64,000 bases of DNA from an uncultured Verrucomicrobiae bacterium (GTDB taxonomy: Bacteria; Verrucomicrobiota; Verrucomicrobiia; Chthoniobacterales; JAFAMB01), in contig CAVXLD010000010.1 in the NCBI GenBank assembly GCA_963762565.1, positions 128,001 to 192,000 on the forward strand, written 5' to 3'. The notes beneath the pieces were generated by a model. That model saw only the letters and a list, made by a program, of their open reading frames with translations. It did not search any database and was not told the DNA's origin. Below, piece after piece: positions 1-11,449 of this stretch (positions are counted from its first letter, which is position 1; the number at the start of each line of letters is the position of its first letter). The position numbers and the translations under genes were made by a program.

Positions 1-1
1 T

Positions 2-1810
2 GAGCTGGTCGCGCGATTGGCCGACGCACCCGTGGTGCCCGTTTGGTCAGATGGTCTCTGGGGATCAATTTTTTCTTTTGAGCGGGGACTTTATTTCTTC
101 AAGTGGCCGCGCCGAATTCCGCAACACATCACGATTGCCTTTGGTAAACCGATCGCACCGCGAGCAATCGACATCACGGTTGCGCGCCAGGAATTGCTTG
201 AGCTTGGCGAGTTCTGTTTCCAGCAGCGCCCGGAGATTCGACGTCATTTGGGGCGAGTCACAATTCGCGGTTTAAAGAAGAAACAATTCGAGATCGGAGT
301 AATCGACGGGATGGATGGGCGCCAAGTGAAGAGAGGCGACCTCTTAGCGGCGAGCATTACTTTGAGCCGCTGGATCAAACGCAATATTCCGGATCAGCGC
401 GTAGCCGTCGTGTTACCGCCCAGCGCGGGCGCCGTGGTGGCAAACATCGCGGTCACGCTGGCGAATAAAACGCCGGTGAACCTTAATTTTACCTCAGGCC
501 GGGCGGCCCTAGAATCCGCGATCCGAAACGGAGAAATCGCACACGCCATCTCCGCTAAGCCAGTGATGAAGCGGTTAATGGATTTCCCGTGGCCCGCGAA
601 TGTTTATCGCCTCGAAGAAATGATGCCGGAGCTTAAGCCGCGGATTGTTCTCTGGCGGATTGTAACGTTACTGACGCCTTCGTGGCTGTTGGGCTCTGTC
701 CTCGGTCTGCCTCGGTCCGGAGACCAACGTGAAGCGGTCTTGTTGTTCACGAGTGGATCCTCCGGAGAACCGAAAGGAGTCATTCTCACCCATCGCAACA
801 TCCTTGGAAACATCGCTCAGTTCAGCGGGTATCTGAACCAGACTAAGAGCGACGCCATCATGGCCTCGCTACCTTTCTTCCATTGCTTCGGATGCACGGT
901 GACACTCTGGTACCCGATTACAGAGGGAGTCAGGATGGTGACCTACCCGACTCCGGCGGACGTAGTGAAGAATGCGGAGCTAGTGGAAAAGCACCAGATT
1001 ACGCTCCTGATCACAACACCGACTTTTCTGAGAGGGTACCTTCGCCGCACTGAACCGGAGCAATTCAAGAGTCTTAAGATTCTGGTGGTCGGGGCAGAGA
1101 AATTGCCTCGCGACTTGGCGGAAGCTTTTGAGACACGTTTCGGCCTACCCGTACATGAAGGTTATGGTCTGACCGAGACCGCGCCCGTGGTCAGCGTCAA
1201 TCTTCCGGATCCTTTGCCGAGTCACGCGAACGATACGGTTCAACCGGCGTCGCGTCCCGGCTCAGTTGGCAAGCTTCTGCCCGGACAAGCCGCCCGGATC
1301 CGAGATCCAGAGAACGGCGCAGTTTTGCCCTGCACGGAGCTGGGTATGCTCTGGCTCAAAGGGCCGAATATTTTCCAGGGCTATTTAAATCAACCGGCAC
1401 GGACGTCCGACGTAGTGCAAGATGGCTGGTTTAAAACCGGCGATCTGGGACGGATTGATGAAGATGGATTTCTGCATATCGAGGGCCGCCTCTCCCGTTT
1501 CTCCAAAATTGGTGGCGAGATGGTGCCGCACGAGACTGTAGAGGCAGCCATCAGCCGCCAGTTCAACTTGGAATCGGAGGACGAACGAGTGATCGCGGTG
1601 GTTGGGGTACCGGATGAAGCAAAAGGTGAAGCTTTAGTCCTGTTGGCGACACGCGACATCAAACCGGAGGTGCTTCGAGAAAAGCTTTTAGCAGCCGGGC
1701 TCCCTAGCCTTTGGATTCCAAAGAAGATCAAGCGAGTCGAACAGATTCCGACGCTCGCTTCCGGGAAACTGGACCTTGGGCGTTGCCAACAGCTCGCGGT
1801 CGAGGGGTGA
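2..1810 (+). CDS. aas: Aas-like bifunctional acyltransferase / acyl-ACP synthetase (AMP-binding), 5' end outside window
   Basis: The frame is open from the window start. AMP-binding motifs LFTSGSSGEPKG, GYGLTE, GWFKTGD and SGKLD follow the tail of an acyltransferase domain. Confidence 0.85.
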   Translation, partial: ELVARLADAPVVPVWSDGLWGSIFSFERGLYFFKWPRRIPQHITIAFGKPIAPRAIDITVARQELLELGEFCFQQRPEIRRHLGRVTIRGLKKKQFEIGVIDGMDGRQVKRGDLLAASITLSRWIKRNIPDQRVAVVLPPSAGAVVANIAVTLANKTPVNLNFTSGRAALESAIRNGEIAHAISAKPVMKRLMDFPWPANVYRLEEMMPELKPRIVLWRIVTLLTPSWLLGSVLGLPRSGDQREAVLLFTSGSSGEPKGVILTHRNILGNIAQFSGYLNQTKSDAIMASLPFFHCFGCTVTLWYPITEGVRMVTYPTPADVVKNAELVEKHQITLLITTPTFLRGYLRRTEPEQFKSLKILVVGAEKLPRDLAEAFETRFGLPVHEGYGLTETAPVVSVNLPDPLPSHANDTVQPASRPGSVGKLLPGQAARIRDPENGAVLPCTELGMLWLKGPNIFQGYLNQPARTSDVVQDGWFKTGDLGRIDEDGFLHIEGRLSRFSKIGGEMVPHETVEAAISRQFNLESEDERVIAVVGVPDEAKGEALVLLATRDIKPEVLREKLLAAGLPSLWIPKKIKRVEQIPTLASGKLDLGRCQQLAVEG

Positions 1811-1872
1811 GCGGAGGCGAAACAGCGACCCGGCGACGCGCTTCGTTCTTGGATTGAGTGTGGGCCGATCGC

Positions 1873-1997
1873 CCGGGAGGGATCGCGTCCTCGCGATCAG
1901 TTGATACCGAAGCCGAGGGCGTACTGTGACCGAGGACGAAATACACCTTTGGGTAGTGCACGTCCTCGCGGCGCGCGAGGACCCGCGCCCTCCCCGG
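1873..1997. repeat. REP-like family E doublet (GGAG plus hairpin)
   Basis: Left end CCGGGAGG-GATCGCG-TCCT-CGCGATC; inverted right end CGCGAGGACCCGCGCCCTCCCCGG. Related units occur at 26558-26749 and 61400-61426. It lies between convergent genes. Confidence 0.65.
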
Positions 1998-2045
1998 TTT
2001 GCACCCTGCGGCTGCTCTGGGTTGTAGATGCTTCTGTAGCGCTGC

Positions 2046-2792
2046 TCATTTCACGTGTTCAACCGGATAGACAGAAACATCGACTCCAGGGGCGTAAATC
2101 AAATGCTCGGCTTCGCCGTTGGGAATCGAGAGGCCGTTAAGCCCGAAAAGTCCGGCATCTTGTCGATCGACTGACACCGAGCTCAGTTGATAAGGCGCGT
2201 GGTAAACCCTGCCTGAGAAGAGCACACCACCTCGGGACGCGAACAAGCGGTACCGTTCGAGCAGGAAGAACTCGAGTGACCCCAGCTCAGCCTCGAAAGG
2301 TTCCCCGCTGGGGCGATATTGGTACTCGAGGGAGACACCGGCGCGGTACGACTCATATTTAATCCAATTCTCAGGTGTGGTCCGGGCTCGCATTTTCGCC
2401 GCTACGTAGGGAAGCGAAAAAAACAACCGGCCAAACCAAACCGCCAGGGGCTGATTTGCGTCGAGGGAAAAGAACCAGACCCCCGGCCGGTTGTTGCGAT
2501 CCCGCACGTAGGTTCTGAGATTTATCTCCAGGAAATTCGATATCCCTGGAATTGAAGGTGACCAAACCGGTCGCACCGAGCGCATGAAGAACGGAACGAT
2601 CCCGACCCAGGCAGCTCCATGAAACAGATCCAAACTTAAGCCGACCGGGAGACGAGGTCCGATTTCATCGGGATCGCATTTCCAATGAAGAAACAAGAGT
2701 TTGCGCCAGCACTGGCACATGATTGGCGAGCCATACGGTTTTTGTCTTTCCCGGAGCTGGTTGTCCACCCAATCGCTAGTGTCCTGTCCCAT
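2046..2792 (-). CDS. YqjF / DUF2071 family protein
   Basis: Motifs W..LLFLHW, EINLRTYV, PGVWFFSLDA and FLLERY. Start uncertain: ATG 2792 lies inside the palindrome; GTG 2768 is an alternative. Confidence 0.85.
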   Translation of the reverse strand: MGQDTSDWVDNQLRERQKPYGSPIMCQCWRKLLFLHWKCDPDEIGPRLPVGLSLDLFHGAAWVGIVPFFMRSVRPVWSPSIPGISNFLEINLRTYVRDRNNRPGVWFFSLDANQPLAVWFGRLFFSLPYVAAKMRARTTPENWIKYESYRAGVSLEYQYRPSGEPFEAELGSLEFFLLERYRLFASRGGVLFSGRVYHAPYQLSSVSVDRQDAGLFGLNGLSIPNGEAEHLIYAPGVDVSVYPVEHVK

Positions 2793-2823
2793 AAATAACA
2801 CGTTATTTATGGGACAGGACACT
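2778..2823. repeat. 46-bp perfect palindrome equal to two fused TIRs of the MITE at 36548-36822
   Basis: AGTGTCCTGTCCCATAAATAAC-AC-GTTATTTATGGGACAGGACACT. The arms match the MITE termini, and both elements begin inside CTAG. Confidence 0.9.
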
Positions 2824-2825
2824 GA

Positions 2826-3437
2826 TCATGGCTTAGCCGGAGTCGCGGGAGGCCCAGCCAATTGCGGTGTCGCGATAGTCGGCGTTGGAGCGGGTAAGTG
2901 GTCCCGGGTCACGTCAACCTTAGTTCCAACCCCGACCGCGGCGAAGACCTGGACGATGTCCTGGGAACGCATCCGGATACAACCGTAGCTCGCCGGCTTA
3001 CCGAGCATCCTTTCGACCGGTGTCCCATGAATATAGATGTACCGTCCGAAAGCATTTTGATTCTGCGGATCTAGCCCTTTGAGCCAAAGGATGCGAGTAA
3101 CGATCGGATCGCGTCCGGCGGCATTGGGGACCAAGATCTCACCCGTCGGTCTGCGGTCTTTGAACACCATTCCAGGCGGAGCGCCATCCCCTATTTTCTC
3201 GGCTACCGCTAAGTGGCCCAAAGGAGTCGCGCAGGTTCCAGGGTTATCCCCAACTCCGAATTGAGACGTGGAAACCGGATATCGCCCGATTAGTTGGTCG
3301 CGAAAATAAACATTCATCGCTTGATCGGCCACGCTCACAATGATGTGATGGTCATGATCTTGCGGCGCACAAGAGCAAAGCAGCCAACAAAGCGTCAAAG
3401 CAACAACTTTGAGCCGGAGGCTTGATAGCGATCGCAT
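2826..3437 (-). CDS. L,D-transpeptidase (YkuD family), probable lipoprotein
   Basis: IYIHGT...SYGCIRM catalytic His/Cys motif; N-terminal LLCSC lipobox-like signal. Confidence 0.9.
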   Translation of the reverse strand: MRSLSSLRLKVVALTLCWLLCSCAPQDHDHHIIVSVADQAMNVYFRDQLIGRYPVSTSQFGVGDNPGTCATPLGHLAVAEKIGDGAPPGMVFKDRRPTGEILVPNAAGRDPIVTRILWLKGLDPQNQNAFGRYIYIHGTPVERMLGKPASYGCIRMRSQDIVQVFAAVGVGTKVDVTRDHLPAPTPTIATPQLAGPPATPAKP

Positions 3438-3538
3438 GTTGACCGCCTAAGAAGACTCAGAACTGACCGCGCAGCAAGGGGCAGGTAAACCGTAGTCGTT
3501 TGGGCCAGAGTTAGCAGTTCCAAGGGGCGACGGCAGAA

Positions 3539-3568
3539 TTGACAACTATTAGATTTTCTAATAATCTA
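3539..3568 (+). promoter_or_regulatory. Sigma70-like promoter of sdhCAB with overlapping inverted repeat
   Basis: TTGACA (3539-3544)-17 nt-TAATCT (3562-3567). The inverted repeat TATTAGA-TTT-TCTAATA lies at 3547-3563. Confidence 0.55.
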
Positions 3569-3574
3569 CAAATT

Positions 3575-4297
3575 ATGAGGCCAGCGACAGCGTTCCCTCC
3601 AGCGGCTAGAAGGTTCTCACCGAACCCCTTCATCGCGTTTTATCAGTCCTCAATCGGTAAGAAAACTATCGTCGCGCTGACCGGGCTTTATCTTATCCTT
3701 TTCGTGATCGGGCACCTGCTGGGAAATCTAGAGATTTACCTCGGCCAGGATCACCTGAATGCCTACGCTGAACTGCTCCAGCATCTCGGTCCTTTCCTTT
3801 GGGCTGAACGAATCGTCCTGATTCTGGCGGTGATCGTACACATCATTGCTACAATCCAACTCGCGATCGAAAACCGGGCGGCAAAGCCCAAGAAGTACGC
3901 GGTGTCCGCGCATCAGGCTTCAACTCTCGCCTCCCGGACGATGATTTATACGGGGTTATTAGTGATCTGCTTTGTCGTTTATCACTTGCTGCAGTTCACC
4001 TTGATGTGGACCAACCCGGAGTACCGGGATCTGCACGACGTCCTCGGCCGGCACGACGTTTATCACATGGTTGTGCTTGGATTTAAGCAGCCGTTGATTG
4101 CTTTCTTTTACGCTGCAGCCCTCTTCCTTCTGGCAGGGCATCTGGACCACGGCTTCCAGAGCGTCACGCAAACTCTCGGCATCAACAACCGGAAGATCGG
4201 CAACTTCGTTTCGAGGGGAGGCAGATGGCTTTCTTGGCTGATCTTCGCCGGGTACGTTTCGATTCCCATTTCGGTCTTCACCGGTTTAATCAAATAA
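3575..4297 (+). CDS. sdhC: Succinate dehydrogenase cytochrome b subunit
   Basis: SSIGKK..ALTG, HLLGNL and heme-ligand His in hydrophobic helices; directly upstream of sdhA. Confidence 0.9.
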   Translation: MRPATAFPPAARRFSPNPFIAFYQSSIGKKTIVALTGLYLILFVIGHLLGNLEIYLGQDHLNAYAELLQHLGPFLWAERIVLILAVIVHIIATIQLAIENRAAKPKKYAVSAHQASTLASRTMIYTGLLVICFVVYHLLQFTLMWTNPEYRDLHDVLGRHDVYHMVVLGFKQPLIAFFYAAALFLLAGHLDHGFQSVTQTLGINNRKIGNFVSRGGRWLSWLIFAGYVSIPISVFTGLIK

Positions 4298-4305
4298 CCC
4301 ACGCC

Positions 4306-6225
4306 ATGAATACCCAATTGGATTCCAAAGTTCCTTCCGGCGCACTGGAACAGAAATGGACCAAACACCGGGCCGAATCGAAGTTAGTCAATCCGAACAA
4401 TAAACGGAAGTTCGATATTATTGTGGTAGGAAGCGGATTGGCTGGCGCTTCGGCAGCTGCCACCATGGCTGAGTTGGGGTATCAGGTGAAATGCTTCTGC
4501 TTTCAAGATTCGCCGAGACGAGCGCATAGCATTGCGGCTCAGGGCGGCATCAACGCAGCCAAGAATTATCAGAACGACGGTGACAGCGTTTATCGCCTGT
4601 TTTATGACACGGTCAAAGGAGGAGATTTTCGTTCACGAGAGGCGAACGTACATCGGCTGGCTGAGGTCAGCGTTAACATCATCGACCAGTGTGTGGCGCA
4701 AGGAGTTCCATTTGCGCGCGAGTATGGCGGACTGTTAGCAAACCGTTCCTTTGGTGGCGCTCAAGTGTCTCGGACTTTTTACGCCAGGGGCCAGACCGGT
4801 CAGCAGCTTCTACTTGGCGCCTACCAAGCTCTGGCTCAACAGATCGCGGCGGGTGGGGTGAAAATGTTCCCCCGTACCGAGCTACTAGATATCGTGATTG
4901 TGGACGGACACGCGAAAGGCATTGTGGTTCGTGACTTGTTGAGCGGAGAGATCAGCTCGCATGCGGGAGATACGGTGGTCCTAGCAACGGGGGGCTACGG
5001 CAATGTTTTCTATCTGTCTACAAACGCCCGCGGTTGTAACGTTTCTGCCACCTATCGCGCTTACAAACGAGGCGCCTTTTTTGCTAACCCTTGTTACACC
5101 CAGATACATCCGACGTGCATTCCGGTTGGCGGCGATTACCAATCGAAGCTGACGTTAATGTCTGAGTCGCTGCGGAATGATGGCCGGGTCTGGGTCCCGA
5201 AAAACAAGGGTGATAACCGGCCGCCAAACCAGATCCCCGCTTCAGATCGCGACTACTATCTAGAAAGGAAATACCCGAGCTTCGGAAATTTGGCGCCGCG
5301 CGATATTGCGTCTCGAAGCGCCAAAGAAGTGTGTGATGAAGGCAAAGGTGTGGGACCCGGCGGTCTTGGAGTCTATTTGGATTTTGCCGAAGCGATCGGC
5401 CGGTTAGGCGAGCAGACGATCCGGGAGCGGTACGGAAACCTTTTCGATATCTATCATAACATCACTGGCGAAAACGCTTATCAGGTGCCGATGCGCATTT
5501 ACCCAGCGGTGCACTACACGATGGGTGGCCTTTGGGTAGATTATAACCTGATGAGCACCGTGCCGGGATTACATGTGCTGGGTGAAGCTAACTTTTCGGA
5601 TCATGGCGCTAATCGACTCGGCGCGAGCGCGCTGATGCAAGGGCTGGCCGACGGCTATTTCGTTATTCCTTCCACTATCGCTAATTATCTGGCTACCCAG
5701 CTGGGTAAAAAAGTCTCGATTGATCGGCCGGAATTCAAGGCGGCGGAGAACGAGGTTCGCGAAAGGGTAAGCAAGCTCTTATCTATTAAAGGAAAACGGA
5801 CAGCCACCTCATTTCATCGTGAACTGGGACTTTTGCTTTGGGAACACTGCGGCATGACCAGAAGCCGGGAAAGTTTGCAGGAGGCGTTGCAAAAGATTCC
5901 CAGCCTGCGGGAAGAGTTCTGGCAAAACCTCAACCTTCAGGGTGGCGGTAGTGAATTGAACCAGTCGCTCGAACAAGCGGGCAGAGTGGCCGACTTTTTG
6001 GAATTCGCGGAGTTAATGTGTTTGGACGCACTGGAACGCGAGGAGTCCTGCGGAGCTCATTTCCGGGTAGAGCATCAAACCAAAGATGGTGAAGCCATCC
6101 GCAATGACGAAGAATTCTGTCACGTCGCGGCTTGGCAATATACTGGGCCGGACTCTAAGCCGGTACGCAATGTGGAGCCGCTGGTGTTTGAGAACGTCAA
6201 GTTAGCCACCCGGAGTTACAAATGA
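4306..6225 (+). CDS. sdhA: Succinate dehydrogenase / fumarate reductase flavoprotein
   Basis: [21 protein letters not shown] (covalent FAD His), HYTMGG and HGANRLG. Confidence 0.97.
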   Translation: MNTQLDSKVPSGALEQKWTKHRAESKLVNPNNKRKFDIIVVGSGLAGASAAATMAELGYQVKCFCFQDSPRRAHSIAAQGGINAAKNYQNDGDSVYRLFYDTVKGGDFRSREANVHRLAEVSVNIIDQCVAQGVPFAREYGGLLANRSFGGAQVSRTFYARGQTGQQLLLGAYQALAQQIAAGGVKMFPRTELLDIVIVDGHAKGIVVRDLLSGEISSHAGDTVVLATGGYGNVFYLSTNARGCNVSATYRAYKRGAFFANPCYTQIHPTCIPVGGDYQSKLTLMSESLRNDGRVWVPKNKGDNRPPNQIPASDRDYYLERKYPSFGNLAPRDIASRSAKEVCDEGKGVGPGGLGVYLDFAEAIGRLGEQTIRERYGNLFDIYHNITGENAYQVPMRIYPAVHYTMGGLWVDYNLMSTVPGLHVLGEANFSDHGANRLGASALMQGLADGYFVIPSTIANYLATQLGKKVSIDRPEFKAAENEVRERVSKLLSIKGKRTATSFHRELGLLLWEHCGMTRSRESLQEALQKIPSLREEFWQNLNLQGGGSELNQSLEQAGRVADFLEFAELMCLDALEREESCGAHFRVEHQTKDGEAIRNDEEFCHVAAWQYTGPDSKPVRNVEPLVFENVKLATRSYK

Positions 6226-6309
6226 CAACGGCCGGTATCGCCGACATCGCCGGGAACGCCGACAACAAGCAGGGAACGATAAACATCCAGAACCAGGTTG
6301 AACTCGCAA

Positions 6310-7077
6310 ATGAATTTCAAGCTCAAAGTCTGGCGACAATCGAATCAAAAGACTCCTGGCGGATTTAAGGAGTACACAGCGAAGAACATTCCTTCCGAAG
6401 CATCTTTCCTTGAGATGCTCGATATCGTTAATGAGGGATTGATCGAAGGTAACGAGGAGCCGATCGCCTTTGACTCTGATTGTCGGGAGGGGATCTGTGG
6501 GATGTGTTCATTGGTCATCGATGGAATCCCACATGGACCGGGCAAAGCAAAGACAACTTGCCAGCTTTACATGCGCCGGTTCCAGGACGGTGACACGATT
6601 TGGATCGAGCCTTTTCGGGCAGCTCCTTTCCCTGTGGTGAAAGATCTGGTGGTAGACCGAAGCGCCTTCGATCGTATCATTGAATCAGGGGGCTACATCA
6701 CCGCGCGAACTGGATCCGCACCCGAAGCGAATTCGGTTCCAATCGGCAAGCCGGTGGCAGACTTGGCAATGGAAGCTGCCGCGTGCATCGGTTGCGGAGC
6801 TTGTGTGGCTGCTTGCCCGAATTCTTCTGCCATGCTTTTCGTCGCCGCCAAAGTCTCTCACCTTGGCTTGTTGCCGCAGGGGCAACCCGAGCGAAAGAGC
6901 CGTGCTCGCAACATGGTGCGCATGATGGACGAGCAGGGTTTCGGCAACTGTACAAACCACTACGAGTGCGAAGCCGTGTGCCCGGCCGAGATCAACCGAA
7001 CGTTTATCTCGCGCCTAAATCGTGAATATAGGATGGCGGCGGTGCGCGAGGCGGTAGCGGTTTCGGTGGATGAGTAG
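6310..7077 (+). CDS. sdhB: Succinate dehydrogenase Fe-S subunit
   Basis: [21 protein letters not shown] and [12 protein letters not shown] cysteine clusters. Confidence 0.96.
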   Translation: MNFKLKVWRQSNQKTPGGFKEYTAKNIPSEASFLEMLDIVNEGLIEGNEEPIAFDSDCREGICGMCSLVIDGIPHGPGKAKTTCQLYMRRFQDGDTIWIEPFRAAPFPVVKDLVVDRSAFDRIIESGGYITARTGSAPEANSVPIGKPVADLAMEAAACIGCGACVAACPNSSAMLFVAAKVSHLGLLPQGQPERKSRARNMVRMMDEQGFGNCTNHYECEAVCPAEINRTFISRLNREYRMAAVREAVAVSVDE

Positions 7078-7086
7078 AGGCGCTGA

Positions 7087-7287
7087 CCGTGGAGCACTGC
7101 CTCGCTTGCGAGGCCGTGGTGAGCGAGAGGACATCATCACATCCTGCCGTTTGCGATCCTGCGCTCTGTGGTGCACCGGTCCGACCCTAGACTTCCAAGC
7201 TCGATACAGAGCGTAGACAAACAAAGGGCGTATTTCACGATATTCCCCTGGTCACCACGGCCTCGCAAGCGAGGCAGCGCTCCACGG
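7087..7287. repeat. REPIN-like family B element
   Basis: 36-bp inverted termini CCGTGGAGCACTGCCTCGC-TT-GCGAGGCCGTGGTGA (1 mismatch), each itself a hairpin. It lies between convergent sdhB and leuB. Confidence 0.85.
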
Positions 7288-7309
7288 GTGGCGCCCCCTC
7301 CATCTGCGC

Positions 7310-8497
<1,188 letters not shown>

Positions 8498-8575
8498 TTA
8501 GCCAAGAACTAAAAAGAAACCAGAGGACAATCGTAGTGCGTTGCCGGACGATTTGCCTAACCTCATCACAGGCTT

Positions 8576-8611
8576 CGCTTACCACGGCCTCGCAAGCGAG
8601 GCACGCTCCAC
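8576..8611 (-). repeat. Solo family B REP
   Basis: GTGGAGCGTGCCTCGCTTGCGAGGCCGTGGTAAGCG on the minus strand, starting at the trpF stop codon. Confidence 0.8.
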
Positions 8612-9303
8612 TAAATGCCGCGCACTGCCGCGATGAAATCGCGCATTTTAGTGCGATCCTTTTTGCCGGGTCGAGATTCGACTCCGGTCGCTACGTCGAC
8701 CGCGTAAGGCTTGGTCACGTCGATGGCCGCTTGGATGTTCTCCGCGTTTAAGCCTCCTGCCAGGATCACTGGCTTATCGGTTTTGACTCGGCTCAGTATT
8801 TCCCAGGGGAACGTCTCCCCCGTCCCTCCAAAATCGCCATCTCGATAGCCATCAAACATCACTGCGAAGCCATGGAACCAGTCTAGGTCAACGGACTGAC
8901 GAGCATCCATTCGTACTTGAATCGCCGCAATTAACGGTTTCCCAATCGCAACCAATCGACTCGAGAACGGGTACCAACTTTGTCCATGCAATTGCAAGGC
9001 GTGAAACAGATCTCCGGCCAACCAGTCTTCGGCCTCGGCAAACTCAGGATTTACTCCAACGGCAACCCGAGCGATTTGCGCGGGTAACGCGGAGATCCAA
9101 TCGCGAGCCGAGTCCAGGCGCAGAAATCGTTTACTACTTGGGAACAGATTGAAACCGAGCGCGTCAGCCCCAAACTCGATGGCAGCGACCGCGTCTTGAG
9201 GATTGGTAACACCACAGATCTTGACGTATGGAGATGAGTGCGTCGCTCCGCTTAAGAAATGCGGAAAAACAATTGCATCCGATCTGTTAGTACTCTCCGG
9301 CAT
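8611..9303 (-). CDS. trpF: Phosphoribosylanthranilate isomerase
   Basis: VKICGVT, LQLHG, GGTGETF, ILAGGL and VDVATGVE. Confidence 0.95.
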   Translation of the reverse strand: MPESTNRSDAIVFPHFLSGATHSSPYVKICGVTNPQDAVAAIEFGADALGFNLFPSSKRFLRLDSARDWISALPAQIARVAVGVNPEFAEAEDWLAGDLFHALQLHGQSWYPFSSRLVAIGKPLIAAIQVRMDARQSVDLDWFHGFAVMFDGYRDGDFGGTGETFPWEILSRVKTDKPVILAGGLNAENIQAAIDVTKPYAVDVATGVESRPGKKDRTKMRDFIAAVRGI

Positions 9304-9334
9304 ATCGCGCTCGTCCTCGCTTTAAGCTCAGATG

Positions 9335-9443
9335 ATGACAGAAGACAAATGACACATGATAAATTGCGAAGGGCAAATGCGACTTGATCGAAGCTTAGAA
9401 TGAGATGCGCAGGTCTTGTACTCTGTCATTTGTCATCTGTCAT
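9335..9443. repeat. Inverted heptamer tandem bracket (ATGACAN / NTGTCAT)
   Basis: atgacag-aagacaa-atgacac-atgataa ... ctgtcat-ttgtcat-ctgtcat. Confidence 0.7.
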
Positions 9444-9522
9444 TTCTTATTTCTGGTTTACTGGGCGAACAAGCGGATTAGAATGACCGACGTCAAATTT
9501 GTACAAAAGGGGTAGTAAAGCG

Positions 9523-9846
9523 ATGGAAGACAAAACAAAAAAGAAGCGTGTTCAGAAACGGGCTGTCCGGAAGAAAGTAAAACCGAGTGAACTGGTGCGT
9601 GTTGCCTCAATCGATGCAGTCACGCCAACAGCGCCTGCGACTGAAGCGAAGAAGCCGCGTAAGAGTAGTAAACCTAAGTCAGCAGCAAACACGCGAAAGC
9701 AAACTCCTTTCTCACCCACGTTTGAACAAGTACAGCTGCGCGCATACTTCATTTCCGAACGGAGGCGTAAGCTAGGACTTCCCGGAGATGAAAGTCACGA
9801 TTGGATGGCGGCAGAACAAGAGCTAAGGCAGGAGATCAGCGTCTAG
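9523..9846 (+). CDS. DUF2934-like small protein with a basic Lys/Arg-rich N-terminus
   Basis: C-terminal VQLRAYFISERR..G.PG....DW..AEQEL pattern. Confidence 0.75.
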   Translation: MEDKTKKKRVQKRAVRKKVKPSELVRVASIDAVTPTAPATEAKKPRKSSKPKSAANTRKQTPFSPTFEQVQLRAYFISERRRKLGLPGDESHDWMAAEQELRQEISV

Positions 9847-9853
9847 GCCACAC

Positions 9854-10148
9854 TTGGTGGGGCGAGGCTCCCGAACTTACTCTAAGGGAGCCCAAGGTAG
9901 CCAGAGTCGTAGAATCTGTAGTTGCCTGCACCGACAGATTGCCGAGCCGCGGCCCAGCGTGCGCCGCAACCTATCGTCAAGAAAGCGCTACTCGGGGATC
10001 GAAACCGAATCCCATTCCGACGCATACCGGACCGCCGCCACACGCTGGGCACGGCTCGGCAACCCATTGGCCCAACACAAAGAATCTTTGTTCAACGCCG
10101 CGAGCCCTGGAAGACCGCCAAGGCCGTTCAGGAGCCTCGCCCCACCAA
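9854..10148. repeat. REPIN/MITE-like family A, copy 1
   Basis: 23-bp TIR TTGGTGGGGCGAGGCTCCCGAAC (1 mismatch); inner IR GCCGAGCCG..CCCAGCGTG / CACGCTGGG..CGGCTCGGC. Confidence 0.85.
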
Positions 10149-10167
10149 AAATCAACTCTCCATATCC

Positions 10168-11241
10168 TCAACCCCGCGTAATCACCTCCAGAACCCGCCC
10201 ACCAGCACTGTCATCTTTGATCTCATAAAGCTTGCCGGTTGGCGTATCGTTCAACCAGGCAAGCGAAGTTGTGGTGATGATCCGTTGGCCACCCGCCGGC
10301 AGATTTGCAAACAACCGATTCCGGCGACCGGTATCAAGCTCCCCAAATACGTCGTCGAGCAACAGTAACGGGATATCACCGAACTCGGACTCGAGTAGAC
10401 GAGCGTGACCGAGCTTTAGCGCAATCGCCATCGTACGTTGTTGACCTTCGGAAGCGTAAGCAGCCGCGGGTTGGCCACTAAGCCGAAGCAAAAGATCGTC
10501 ACGATGCGGCCCAACCAAAGTGGTCTTCAGCCGGACCTCTTCTTCCGCGCTGGCAGTTAACGCACCCTCATATTCTGCGGTCGAACCGGAATGATATTCC
10601 AGCCCAAATTCTTCTTCGCGTTCGTCGATAATGTTGAATGCCGCGATGGCATCAGGTTCAAGGCGCCGCACTAAAGAGCCGCGCAATTCAGTGAGCCTGC
10701 GCCCAAAGTCGAGGAGCGGTTTGGTATAAGCCGCAACCTCACGAGAACGAGCGGTTGGCATCTTCAAATAGGCGTTGCGGGACCGCAACGCTTTTTCATA
10801 GGACCGCAAAATGTTTCTGTAGTCTCGAAATAACTGACTTCCGAGGAAATCGAGAAATCTTCTTCGCTCTTCACCCGTTCCGCGGACCAGATCGATATCC
10901 GTGTTAGCAAAGAAAACCAGCCGGCCAACCTGAAGATACTCCTGAGCATCTTTCTGCTCTACCGAATCAAGCGCCAATTTGCGGCGGCTGGCGCTGTAAT
11001 AGAACTGCATATGCCGATTGTGGACCATCCCGTCTACAACCAGGCCCTTGGCTCCGGTACGGATGACTGGCGCCAAAGAATTAGTCCTGGGAGACTGGAG
11101 TCGAGTGAGGACGACAACTGCCTCCAAAAGAGACGTTTTGCCCAACGCATTGTTCCCAACGATACACGTAATCTCCGGATGGAAATCCAGGTCGAAGCGG
11201 CTGAAACAGCGAAAGTCTCTTATGGAAAGATTGCTCAACAT
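10168..11241 (-). CDS. recF: DNA replication and repair protein RecF
   Basis: GNNALGKTS, RRRFLD, GPHRDDL, SEGQQRT and LLLDDVFGELD. Confidence 0.93.
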   Translation of the reverse strand: MLSNLSIRDFRCFSRFDLDFHPEITCIVGNNALGKTSLLEAVVVLTRLQSPRTNSLAPVIRTGAKGLVVDGMVHNRHMQFYYSASRRKLALDSVEQKDAQEYLQVGRLVFFANTDIDLVRGTGEERRRFLDFLGSQLFRDYRNILRSYEKALRSRNAYLKMPTARSREVAAYTKPLLDFGRRLTELRGSLVRRLEPDAIAAFNIIDEREEEFGLEYHSGSTAEYEGALTASAEEEVRLKTTLVGPHRDDLLLRLSGQPAAAYASEGQQRTMAIALKLGHARLLESEFGDIPLLLLDDVFGELDTGRRNRLFANLPAGGQRIITTTSLAWLNDTPTGKLYEIKDDSAGGRVLEVITRG

Positions 11242-11249
11242 GAAATCCG

Positions 11250-11449
11250 AACCGCGAATGGACACGAATTGACGCGAAGACAAAAAGAGAAGACTCAACC
11301 GCAGATGCACGCAGATTTAGTTTCGTAAAATCATACCGACAGCCCGCGGAATCTATCAGTGTATATCTGTGTTCATCTGCGGTTCGTCTTTTTCTTCGTG
11401 TTCAACTCGCGTTCATTCGTGGTTGCTCTATTCGTGTCCATTCGCGGTT
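11250..11449. repeat. Nested decamer hairpin family D, copy 1
   Basis: Outer perfect 20-bp IR AACCGCGAATGGACACGAAT; inner IR AACCGCAGATGCACGCAGAT (11297-11316 / 11365-11384). Confidence 0.85.

Noticed and set aside
9801..10368. Overlapping short ORFs across family A and other repeats
   Set aside because: They are translations of GC-rich repeat DNA with no recognisable protein features.
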